A stretch of 64,000 bases of DNA, from the NCBI GenBank assembly GCA_013265495.1, contig MU062600.1, positions 3,261,380 to 3,325,379 of the forward strand, in the 5' to 3' direction. Source of the stretch: Vicugna vicugna. Lineage: Eukaryota. Shown one piece after another: positions 54,261 through 64,000 of the stretch (its first letter is position 1; every line of letters starts with the position of its first letter). The notes below the pieces were generated by a model. That model saw only the letters and a program-made list of their open reading frames with translations, was not told where the DNA came from and did not search any database. Both the position numbers and the translations under genes were made by a program.

Positions 54261-55403
54261 ACCACATTTCATGGTATATTGTTTTTTTTTCCCCCTACAG
54301 GCATTCAGTGATCCCTAAAGGCTGGGTTCTGCCTTCAACTCTTTCATACTCTCCAAAATCCTTAGCATTATACATTGCACAAGTGAGAAGTATTCTGATT
54401 GCTACTTAAAAAAAGTGTGACTTTCCCATACATGGGAAGAGTCATCTTTTCACAGAAAAGCAGCACCTGCTAAATATCACTTTGGTTCACAACCATAAAA
54501 CCTAATAATACAAAAAGCAGAATACTTGAGTGGTTTCAAGAAATTCTCCAGCTTTATAGAGCATATACAGGGTGGAATTCTGTTTAAATTAAAAATACAT
54601 ATATACTAGCAGCTTCAAAGGATGGGAAATACATTTAAACTGTATCAAAATATCTTTTCAGAATTAGGAAACTTGATTAGGATTCTCCCAGAGGCTTCAC
54701 ACACTGAAACCAGAGAGTCATTATTTCTAAGGGAAGGAGGCTTAATTTCTTAAAAATTCATCTTTTTAATTATTAGCCAAGCCATGCAGCGACTTCCCGG
54801 AAGGCAGAGGAAAATAGGCCCTCAACGATGAGTTTCAAGCCAATGAAAGCTGAGTTTGTGCCTAAAGCCTTCCGCGCCTGCCTGGGCACCGCTCCCCAGG
54901 GCTGTGGGAATTTAGCCCAGAGCATCCGAAGCAGAGATCAGATTAAGAACCTGCGAGGCTGAGCAGCGGCCGCGGGCTGGCTGCTCCTCAGCCTCCGTTT
55001 TTCGGTCCGAGGTACGCCCGGACTGGTACCCGCGCCATTCCTGGTTCTCCTCCCACTAGGGCGCGACTTGGCCGCCAAACCCGAGGCTTCAGGAACCCAG
55101 CACCCAGCGGCAGCTGCAGTTCTGGGGTCATGGCGATTCTAGTTCCAGGGACGGTTCCTATTATGAAAGTAGGATTTGGGGTCCACTCATCTCATCCCTA
55201 TTCCCTGAAAACTTTGCATCCTTCTCCAAAAAGAAATTCATACCAGGTAGGAACTCTGCCATCCCACCCTCGCGGGTCCACTCCCCCTTCCAGCCTCCGA
55301 ATGGCACCTACTCACGGCGCCTCCCAGCCCCGGGAAAGGGGCAAGCTCAGGTGTGCGGGATCCCCAGGCTGGGTGGCGGGCGAGCTGGCGAGCGAGCTGT
55401 CAC

Positions 55404-55625
55404 CTTGTGGTCCACCACGCCAAGGTATCCGTCCAGCGGCCGCGGTCCCGCGGGAGCCTCGGGGCGCGGCGGGGGGCTGCTCTCCGCCGACCGCTGCGCG
55501 CTGCCGGTCGCCGCTGCCTGCTGCTGCTGCAGGGGCCGCTCCTTCTGGCCGCCGAAGCTGCTGTACACGAGCAACAAGCTGGTGCACATGGTGGTGAGCG
55601 CTAAACACACTGCCAGACCATGGCG
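55404..55625 (-). CDS. ST6GALNAC5: ST6GALNAC5 coding exon 2: type II transmembrane anchor, polyQ and stem of the alpha-2,6-sialyltransferase (GD1alpha synthase)
   Basis: A pyrimidine tract and cgcag acceptor precede 222 nt (74 codons): RHGLAVCLALTTMCTSLLLVYSSFGGQKERPLQQQQAAATGSAQRSAESSPPPRPEAPAGPRPLDGYLGVVDHK. The exon ends at AAG|GTGACA. The peptide matches recalled human ST6GALNAC5 (...GGQKERPPQQQ...AGPRPLDGYLGVADHK). Confidence 0.97.
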
Positions 55626-56440
55626 CTGCGGGCGGGCGGGAGAGAGCAGAGGAGAGGCGCTGAGCGCCGAACCGGGAGCAGCGCGCTCCGCGGGGACACC
55701 GGCGGGACGGTCGGGCGGGTGGGGGAGGTCCGGGGGCGGGGGAATGACCCGGGTCCTGTCCCGGCCGCGTGCAGCCCGGGCGGAGGAAGCACCGTCCCCT
55801 CGCGTACATCAGGGGATGCTCCCCAGCGGCGCTGCTCTTGGCCGCCGCCGCCTCCCAGATCTCTCGGCAGAGGACAAGTGGTGCGCGGCGCCGGGCCACG
55901 CGAGGGACAGCGCGCTGGCAGCGGGGACAGGGGTGGGCTCGCACCTTGGGGAGGGGACCCTCTGCCTCAGCTCGGCTGTTAGAACGTCTAGCCCTTGCCC
56001 CTTCTCCTTTCTGGACCCGTGGTGAGCCTCTACCTCAGCGATCCTTGCAAGTTTTAAATCTGACAAGGAAACCAAGAAAGTCTGCAAAGGTCCCCCTGCC
56101 CGCCTCTCTTAGTTTTTGCGAGGCTGTTGCTTTAGGGCACCCCCATCCCCGAGCAAGGCGCCCACCACCCCACAGCTTCTCTAGCTCTCCGCTGTCCGCT
56201 CGGACCGCCCGCTGGAGAGCCAGGAGCCCAGCATCCCGAGTTCCTATTTGGGCTCTGGGAATCCGAGCCAGGCAGAACCGAGAAATCGGGAAGGAACGCG
56301 GAGCAGGTGGAAAGTTGTCCCTTTGTAACAGGCGACCTCGCAGCGCAGGGTTAGGCGCCCTGGAGCTCTCCCGAGGGCCCCGGGGACGCTGCGCCCCGGA
56401 GTCCCGCCTCTGCCCAGAGGAGTTGCAACAAATGACTCAC
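55626..56440 (-). other. ST6GALNAC5: ST6GALNAC5 intron 1 (815 nt, GC-rich)
   Basis: GTGAGT donor at 56440 and AG acceptor ending at 55626; joins the two exons in frame. Confidence 0.93.
55713..55742 (+). other. G-quadruplex-capable motif in intron 1
   Basis: GGGcGGGtGGGGGaggtccGGGGGcGGGGG: five G-runs of at least 3 with short loops. Confidence 0.55.
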
Positions 56441-56455
56441 CATCAGGGTCTTCAT
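56441..56455 (-). CDS. ST6GALNAC5: ST6GALNAC5 coding exon 1 (MKTLM)
   Basis: The minus strand reads cccaaaATG AAG ACC CTG ATG|GTGAGT. This gives MKTLM followed by a consensus donor, and it splices in phase 0 to exon 2. It matches the N-terminus I recall for mammalian ST6GALNAC5 (MKTLMRHGLAVCLALTTMCTSLLLVYSS). Confidence 0.95.
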
Positions 56456-56482
56456 TTTGGGCACCTCTTTTGTGCGGAATCT

Positions 56483-56527
56483 TCAGGCACACGCGTCCGG
56501 AGCCACTTTTTCTTGGAGGGTTTCCAT
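56483..56527 (-). other. Upstream ORF METLQEKVAPDACA* in the presumed 5' UTR, in frame with the main ORF
   Basis: cccaccATGG context (A at -3, G at +4), 14 codons then TGA, ending 27 nt before the main ATG. Its inclusion in the mRNA is inferred because the TSS is not visible. Confidence 0.6.
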
Positions 56528-56604
56528 GGTGGGTGACTGGGCGGAGGCGGCTCCGATTTTCGCCCGGCTGCCAGCCGCGGCTGAGTGGGCAGGGGAGCCG
56601 CGGG

Positions 56605-56736
56605 NNNNNNNNNNNNNNNNNNNNNNNNNNNNNNNNNNNNNNNNNNNNNNNNNNNNNNNNNNNNNNNNNNNNNNNNNNNNNNNNNNNNNNNNNNNNNNNN
56701 NNNNNNNNNNNNNNNNNNNNNNNNNNNNNNNNNNNN
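56605..56736. other. N gap over the probable TSS; other gaps at 4743-4931, 5025-5200, 30446-30638, 32345-32632 and 35418-35558
   Basis: Runs of N read directly. Confidence 0.98.
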
Positions 56737-58777
56737 CCCTTCCCGCCCCCAAATAATAATCTTCTCAGCTGAGTAGAATTTTTGGGACGAGAGAGTTAAC
56801 CGTGCCAGTATACCCATCTTTTGGCCCAAGGGCTTATTTATCTTTTATGAAGTCACCAAGTGAAAAGGAAGGAGAACCCGTTTGGATTCTGAACATGATA
56901 TCCATTTGAAAATTTGCAAACTAGAATTAATGTTTTGTGATTTTTAGAAAAACAAGTCTACAGTCCAAATGTCAATGGCTTTATTTATAGCATTGGCGTT
57001 TACGATCAGAGCGTGGAGGAATTTGTCACGAAATAAATTTTAAAATAAATTATTTATTATTTCAGTTTCCAATTGTAAGATTTCTGCTATCCTCTCCCCC
57101 CTTTATTTTACTTTTTAAATTCAGTTATTCTCATGCAATCTTTATAATTTTCATCTAAATTATTTCATGTATTACTTGTTTTAAATAGTATAATTTATTT
57201 TTCTATCAAAACTTTGAGGTTCCGACTATTTGTCTAAACGATTTAAAAGTGTTAAGAACATTCAGCACATCATACCCACATGATGAACTGGACCTGTAGA
57301 TTCTTCCTAATTTAAATGAAAGATTTCTGGCTGCTAAAATAAAACTGCTTACAGCTTATTTTTTAAGAATTCTCAGGCCTTTGGTGCTCTCCTAGTGTTG
57401 GTCTACTGCACTGACAGTACATAATTCCACATTCAGAACTTCAATGAAAATTAAAAACAACAATTATTCGGGGTGTTTTTGGAAATTCACATCAATAGCT
57501 TGTTTTAAAGGTACTCTCCCCCACTCTTACCCCGTGCTGAATTACAGATGGCATTTGTTAAATGTCTAATTTAGGTAAAAACATATTTCTGGTGAAATTG
57601 CTCAGTGAGAATAGTCTTGTTAATGTATTACTTAACACCTCACCTGTAGCAGCGTAATGGTAAAGATTACATTAAGATGAAAATGATCAGCAGGCCAACT
57701 GAACCATAGACACAATAAGAGCTTTCTCAAGGCCAAAAAAGGCATTACAGTCCTCTTTTAATCTTCACTAATCCATTGCTGGACTGATGATACAACAGGA
57801 ACTATTTTTAACTTATGAAGCATCCTTCTATACTCCGTATTGAGAAAGTTAAAATTAATCGGAGCAATAGTGTTTGGGAGAAAGCGAAAAACGTGTGGGA
57901 TTTGGCCTTTCAAGGAAAAACAAAAAATTCCAAACACTGTCCAACATTGTCAGCCTTGAAGCTATTTATTCAGTTTGTGCTTTGGGCATGAATAGCACCA
58001 GTTGTTAGGGCAGGAAGAGCAGCAGCCGAAGGAGAATCTTATCGGGTCTTGGCAATTCTTTATTGGATGGTTGCACTTGACACTCAAATTAAGGAAACAA
58101 AGGACCAACTTGATGCATCACTGCAAGCAGATTATCTGTGTTTCTCCAGGGCTCCTTTTGAGATGCTACTGGATGTAGCTTCTGCATTTTTCAGAATCAT
58201 TCCCCTTCCATCTAGTAAGTTGCCCAGTGACCAATAAAACACTTCTAATATATTTTGCCATGCCAAACAAAGCCATCGTATTTATGATTTAAGATCATGG
58301 CAGTACGTTGGACATCTGTCACACAGTATGTCTGACCAAATTCATTAAGCTTATGCCTTTTTTCTCTCTCCTGGGATAGTAGTTAGCGAGTTCCTAGATC
58401 TACTTATGAAATGGCCAGGGTAGACTTAAAAAAATGTAATTCTGAAGTTGATTTGAATAATTTCAAGGTCTCTGCCTTTCAAATATTTGACTAGATTGAT
58501 GTGATAGTTTTAGACACTCTGGACTGAGAGCCAAATGGACAAGGTGGAGAAGGGGAAGGGCAGCTAAAACAAGTAATAGGAGTTAAAATCCTTGTGCTGT
58601 TCATTTAATGATCACCTGCTATCTGGTGGTTCTGTATGAGGGAATACAGAGAGGAATAAGACGCAAATCCTCTTGTTTGAGTTCACGACCATGTGTGTAT
58701 GTGTGTGTGTGTGTATGTGTGTATGACAAGTCTGCAAGTGGGACAGGAGGGAAGGGGGCAAGGCACAACTAAAAGAA

Positions 58778-59236
58778 TGATGCAGCAATTAGCACCAAGA
58801 TAGTGGAAGATTCAAATCCCTATGGACTTTGAGCTTCAATATACGCTCATTGAAATACAATAGTATGGTAAATGGCGCCCACAGGTGCCATGGCAGTTTC
58901 AAGACTGCCCATAAAAGGTCAAGGAGTGGGTGATGGTCCAGTTCCTGGGAATCCCAGCCCCTTCCCCAAAGTAGTTGGAATAATCCTCCCACTTGTTTGC
59001 AGATGAATTTACCAAGCCCACAAAAACAAACAGTCCCTCACCTCCTTTGAGGTGGCTTGCACTCTGTCTGTGGAGTATGTGTCTCTCTGAATAAATCTAC
59101 TTTCACTCAACTGTGGCTCGCTCTCGAATTCTTTCCTGTGCGAAGCCAAGGACCCTCATTTGATGGAGTGCATCCCAGGGACTCGCCTGGGACCTGGGAC
59201 GTGGCCATCCTCTTGCATTCCATTTTTCCTGCATCA
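58778..59236 (+). mobile_element. MER41-like ERV1 solo LTR (459 bp)
   Basis: Terminal inverted repeats TGATGCAGcAA...TTcCTGCATCA (10/11). Internal blocks are colinear with MER41 as I recall it: gccatggca, cagttcc(t)gggaat, gaataatcc, ctctgtct.tggagta, aataaa..tactttcact, ctcgaattctttcctgtgcga...ccaagg. No clean 4-bp TSD is visible. Confidence 0.8.
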
Positions 59237-60289
59237 TAAGTTGGCAATAAAAGTCATATTGTTAGAGATTTAGCATGTATTTGTCAAGTGCCTACTATGT
59301 TAAGCACTTACTATGCGTCAGGCACCAGGATACTTGGATCCCGTGCTGCCCTGAAGGAACGCAAAGTCTACTCTTTCCAAGTAAGTGCTGTGAACCTTTA
59401 TATTACAGAGAATTAGGAATCTGTCAAAGTACTTGGCTTGTTTTTCAACTTCTGAGTGCTTGTTTATTTAAGACCTGAGGGGTTTGATATTTTAAGGGTA
59501 GCCACCTCGGTTTTCATAACTTTTTGTACACTTTTAAGTTAATAATTTGAAGAACCAGAAAGAGCACAAAATAAGCAGCATTCATAGACACTCGATTGAC
59601 TTGAAAATGAGTAGACAAGTCAATAAAGCTTTTTTAGTTCATCCACCTTGTCCAGTTCAATACAAGGTGAGTAGGGGAATCACAATTTGCTTCTCAAAAT
59701 CCAGGTAGCTGAGATGGACTTCTCACCACTTAAAATTTTGCCACATATTTGCCTCTGGTGCCATCACATCCAAGTAGACTCAGATTTGGGCGGGGGAATG
59801 GACAGAAAGAAAGAAAAAGAAAGAGAAGGAAAGTAAAAGAAATTGACTGTTCCGCAATGTAGGTTATGTGATAAGCATAAGATGAGGATTTATGAGACCA
59901 GGCATGTCACAGGGCAAGGAGGGAGGAGGTGGTGCTCCTGCCCGGGAGGGAGGCCAGCCTGTGCCCGTGGACACAGAGGTACCAGAGAGCTACCAGGGAG
60001 GTGGGAAGACAAACTGCTGGAAACCAGTGAGCCCTGCCCGTGACTCCTAAGTGACCTCTCAAATCAGAAACAAATGTGTCAAACATTTCCAAAAGGGATA
60101 GAAGACAGAAAGCAACATAATGTAAACTGCATTGGAGATGTGACTGCTTTCCCCTTTATGATCTTAAAGAAAAAAGTTCTGCTGAATGCTACAAAAGCAG
60201 AAATCTTCATAGTGGCAAAAAGTCCCAGAACAAAGTTGATACTTTTCAACTTGGGTTCCTCAGTTTAGTCAACTCACTTCACTTCACAG

Positions 60290-60505
60290 GCTGCGGAGAA
60301 CAAGTCTGTGGAGTCAGGCGGCCGGGACCCAGATTCTGACTTGACCACTTCCCAGCTCTGTGAACTCGGTAAGCTATTTAGCTGTGCCTTAGTGTCCTTA
60401 TCTGTAAAAATAGCAACCGTAAGAGCGTTGTTGTGAAGGTTAAATGAGATACTACAAGTGAAGTGTCAAGAAGAGTACTAACAGGTTGTTAACCATTATT
60501 AATAG
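60290..60505 (+). mobile_element. MIR SINE; a second degenerate MIR follows at about 60540-60720
   Basis: tctgtggagtcagg...ccacttcccagctctgtgaac...ttatctgtaaaaa...gttgttgtgaaggttaaatgag. Confidence 0.75.
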
Positions 60506-60744
60506 TGTTTTACAATTATGATTGAAAAACTAAGTTTGACAGTGAAAGACTAGGATTTGACGTGTGTGACCAAGAGTTGCGTGACCTTGAGCAAAGGACT
60601 TTAAAAATATTTAAACACACGCTTAACTTACTGTGTAATGGATATAACAAAGCCCATCCCTAAATTGTTGGAGGGCTTATTAAAACGTTGTGTATGTGAC
60701 TGTTTGTAAACTAGGAAGCTGTGCGTGAGCTAAGATGTTGGGAA

Positions 60745-61760
60745 CTCATTCATTCATCTAACAGATATCAACTGAGCATCTACTGTGTGCCAGCACTAGC
60801 CAGTTCTAACCATGGGGATGTGATGGAGACACGCGAGAAATCTGCCCTATGAGGCTTATATTCAAGCTAGGGCAATAAACCAATCTAATAGAATGTCCGG
60901 CACTAGGAAGAAAAGGAGGGTAAAAGAAGCAGTTAAAGATCGAGGTGGGGTGTGGTACTGTGTTAGCTAGGATAGTGACATTTGAGGAGAGATTTGAATA
61001 GAGTGAGGGAGTGAGCCATGAGACTTTCTGGGAAAGGGCATTTCAGGCAAAGGAAATAGCATGTGCAAAGGCCATGAGGTAAGAGCTTGACTGACATGCT
61101 GAAGAGACAGCAAGGAAGTGGGTGTGTCTGGAGTGGAGGGAATGAGAGGGAAAGTAGTTGGGGAGGAGGGCAGAGAGCCAGTCCAGGGCCAGATTGTATA
61201 GGGCCTCACAGACCACAAAAAAGACAGTGTGAAGGAAACCCACTGGAGGGTTTAGAGCAGGGGAAGACCATGGAGCCTTAATGCTTTGGAAAGATCACCT
61301 GGCTGCTGTGCTGAGAGTAGCTCAAGGGGAGCAAGAGAGGAAGGATGGAGACTACTTAGGAAGCTCTAGGTGCGAGGAGGTCGTGGGCCTTTTAGGAGAA
61401 GGGACTGGTTTCAGGATTTGCTGGTATTGGTTATGAGACATGAGAAAAAGAAAGGAGGCAGCGAATACAAGGCTTTAGAACTGGGCAGCGGGGAGATTGA
61501 AGGTGCTATTTCCAGGATGCAGAATGCCACAGGAAAAGCAGATTTGGAGGGGGCTAGACTGGAGAATGTAGACTTAAATGGCCTCAGTATGAAATGTCAC
61601 AAGCCGCTGGAATTCAGGCATGATGTTGGGCTTAGAGGCACAAACAGGGCTTCACAGTTCAGAAAAGGATGAGGTCACCTAGGACTGAGCCAGGACACAG
61701 AAGAAAAGGGGTCACAGGCCTGAGCCCTGGGAACTCCAAATTTCAGATGCCAAGAACAAG
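60745..61760 (-). mobile_element. L2a LINE, about 1 kb
   Basis: tcattcattcatctaacagat...gagcatctactgtgtgccag...aaatagcatgtgcaaaggcc...aaagatcacctggctgctgtg. Confidence 0.85.
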
Positions 61761-62039
61761 AGGCATTATTCCAGTACTGTTAATGCTGAACAATAATAAA
61801 CGACTCTCTGAACTTGATTTGATTTCGGTGGCTGATTATTTTCCTTTTGAATGGATTTTCCGTTCCAAGTCAGTTAATCATTTATGTCCTCAAAGCACTT
61901 CTCAAATTCTGTTATTGTACCAAGCATATTCATTTATGTATTTATTGTTCATCCTTCCTTCTAGATCATAAATTTTCTAGAACTGGAGCTGTGTCCTGTA
62001 ACTGTTTCTATCCTACAAAGCCAGACCATACAGAGGGTA

Positions 62040-62225
62040 ATAATAGTAATCACTAGCATTTATCTGGCTCCGATTTGCCAGCACTAGTCTAGAGTTTTAC
62101 ATCCATTTGCTACCACAATACCCCCATGAGGTAGGTAATGTCACCATCCCCCTCTCACAAATGAGTGAATTGAGGCACTGAGACTCATTTGTCCAGAGAC
62201 ACCCAGGCTTTGATAAGTGGTGGCA
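62040..62225 (-). mobile_element. MIR SINE
   Basis: taatagtaatcactagcatttat...ccccatgaggtaggt...aattgaggcactgag. Confidence 0.7.
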
Positions 62226-62424
62226 TTAGGCTAAATAAATATTTGTTAAAACAAATAAATATTCGTCAAAGAATGAATGAATAGCAGCTTTATGAGAGTT
62301 CCCATAACCCACTTCTTCTACTGAACTCTAAATTGGTCTGATTCATAAGAACATAGTTTACGCCCAGTCTGTAGGTAGTATAACCAAAGGCAGTTCCTTG
62401 TTTTGTGATGTGCATTTCTCCTAC

Positions 62425-63105
62425 TTTTATTTTTTCAAGATATATTTTACACACAGTAAAATACACAAAATGAGGTGCACAGTTTGATGAGTTTTGACAA
62501 AACTCTATACCTTTTCCCTACCTGCACTATCAAGATATGGATCATTTCCAGCATCCCAGACAGTCCCCTCGTGCTTTCTTCCAGTCCCACTAACCCTCAC
62601 CCCATAAGCAAACAGGCAAACGTTGTTCTGATCACTGCAGGCCAGCTTTGCCTATTCTAGGATTGAATATAGATGAAAACGTACAGCATATGCCTTTTCG
62701 TCTGACCTCGTTCACTTAGCATACTATTTTGAGGTTTATCCACGCTGTTGGGTGTTTTAAGCGTCTGTTCCCTTTTATTGCTGAATACTATTATGTGAAA
62801 ACGGCACAATTGTTTTTATCCATCTTCCTGTTAATGCACATTTGGGTTGTTTCCAGTTTGGGGCTCTTATGAATAGAATTACTAAGACTGTTCTTGTCTT
62901 TTGATAGATGGATGGTTTAATTTTTCTCACGTGAAAACCTAGGAGTGGAATGGTTGGGTCATAGGATAGATGTCTGGTGAACTTTGAAGGAAATTGTTCA
63001 ACTGTTTTCCAAAGTGGTTGGTCCGTTTTTTTTATTCCCCCCAAATGAGAGTTCCAGTTGTCCCACGTCCTGTCAGCACCCAGTGTGGTCAATGCTTTTA
63101 AATGT
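62425..63105 (-). mobile_element. L1ME1/2-like 3' fragment
   Basis: cacagtaaaatacac...gtttgatgagttttgacaaa...atcaagatatggatcatttccagcatccc...cctaggagtggaatggttgggtcatagg. Confidence 0.8.
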
Positions 63106-63739
63106 CTCTTTGCTTTTGTACAGTTTTCAAGATAAAATTAGAAATCTTTGCTTAGCATCCTGGGTCCTTCCTAACTACGCAGCCGCCATTCCCTGTGACT
63201 CTCATCTCCTGACTCTACACAGGAATCCTTTGAATTAGCCATGAAAACCGTACTTTGAATTGACAGCATTTATGGTCAGTCAGATGAGTCTTTCAACAAG
63301 CCCGTTTCTGTCCTGGTCCCTCACATCTCAGCCTGGGCCTGGTCCCCAGCAGCCCCTACTTTCTGAACCTACAGTCGGTCAGTGAGTCCCCTCCTTAATG
63401 TTTCCACAGCTCAGCTTAAAGCACAGCCTTGGAATCACACCGAACAAGGTTCGGCCCAACCTTTGACGCTAACTCGCCTGTGTCCCAGCACGAGCCACTA
63501 ACTGCCCTTCTCAGTTCCCTCATTTGTATCAGGCAGGTGGTAAAACCTTTTGAGCAGAGTAGTTATGTAGACAAAATGTACCAACTCATGTGAAGTGTTC
63601 ATCACCATTCTGCTTATCAAACAAAAGGCATGTTTTCACAGGGAGCTGCCTGTTTGGTTTAAAGGGAGGAACGTTCATTCTCAAATGCTGATTGAGCTTA
63701 CAATAAAAAGAACAGTTAATAACAGTGCTAATTGTAGGC

Positions 63740-63890
63740 AGTGGCTTTTTAAATCGGTAATGGTGTCATCTCCGTTTTACCAATGGAAATGGAAACATAG
63801 CGATGGGAGGCCATTTGCTCAAGGTCACGTGTCTAAAGGGACAGAACCAAGAGGTGACCAAGTCTGTCTGACTGCAGAGCCTTCCCTCCC
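63740..63890 (-). mobile_element. MIR fragment
   Basis: tctccgttttaccaatggaaatggaaacatagcga...tttgctcaaggtcac...cagaaccaag...aagtctgtctgact. Confidence 0.55.
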
Positions 63891-64000
63891 AGTCTCCATA
63901 CTCCACACTCCACTGTTTTCTAAATGCTCTGACTCTAAGCCAAGGCCCCCTCTAGATGCTGGCAACACAAAGAGGAGACAAACTCAGTCCTCACTGCAGA

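Larger units (their letters stand above)
1..55403 (-). other. ST6GALNAC5: ST6GALNAC5 intron 2 (5' part only; continues beyond the window)
   Basis: Starts at the GT donor at 55403. No sialylmotif-L peptide (expected PLKMHC..CALV..SG) appears in the minus-strand ORF track. A very large intron 2 is what I recall for the human gene. Confidence 0.8.
54950..56760. promoter_or_regulatory. ST6GALNAC5: CpG island / promoter region of ST6GALNAC5
   Basis: Abrupt shift from AT-rich, CpG-poor DNA to GC- and CpG-dense sequence covering both exons. A GC box (cccgcccc) lies at about 56743-56750. The likely TSS region is partly hidden by the N gap at 56605-56736. Confidence 0.85.

Noticed and set aside
55347-55610. 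87-aa ORF as a complete single-exon gene
   Set aside because: It is exon 2 read from an internal codon and running into intron 2. The real start is in exon 1.
55905-55913. GGACAGCGC as a REST/NRSE site
   Set aside because: Only the right half-site is present. No TTCAGCACC left half lies at canonical spacing, and the context is GC-rich.
56433-56439. AP-1 site TGACTCA
   Set aside because: It is the reverse complement of the exon 1 splice donor GTGAGTCA and is explained by splicing constraint.
55130-56536. Long ORFs in the CpG island (155, 210, 224 and 255 aa) as extra or antisense genes
   Set aside because: They are Arg/Gly/Pro/Ala-rich with no recognisable domain. Stop-poor frames are expected in GC-rich DNA and opposite a real exon.
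1-64000. CRISPR arrays, tRNA/rRNA/snRNA genes, processed pseudogenes, or ST6GALNAC5 exon 3
   Set aside because: No repeat-spacer array, no recognisable RNA-gene sequence, no recognisable pseudogene peptide and no sialylmotif in the ORF track. A highly decayed pseudogene could have been missed by eye.

Overview
This is mammalian genomic DNA, not prokaryotic: there is no CRISPR array, operon or RNA gene. The window holds the 5' end of the sialyltransferase gene ST6GALNAC5 on the minus strand. Coding exon 1 (56441-56455, MKTLM) and exon 2 (55404-55625, transmembrane anchor, short polyQ and stem) lie in a CpG island at about 54.95-56.76 kb. Positions 1-55403 are the start of the very large intron 2, and about 56.8-64 kb is upstream flank. 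Most of the rest is old transposon debris: L1, L2, MIR, MLT1, MER5A, a Tigger1-derived MITE and a MER41-like ERV1 solo LTR. There are also microsatellites and six N gaps. Repeat families are assigned from my recollection of consensus sequences, so subfamily names and many boundaries are approximate. The repeat content suggests a cetartiodactyl, possibly a camelid (inference). I see no evidence of a new multi-gene system. The best leads are: (1) a strong-Kozak upstream ATG in frame with the main ORF but cut by one TGA; (2) a MER41-like LTR with a STAT-type site 2.3 kb upstream of the start codon; (3) an unexplained diverged ~200-bp local duplication; (4) an L1 insertion with a probable short 3' transduction; (5) candidate CTCF and enhancer motifs in intron 2.
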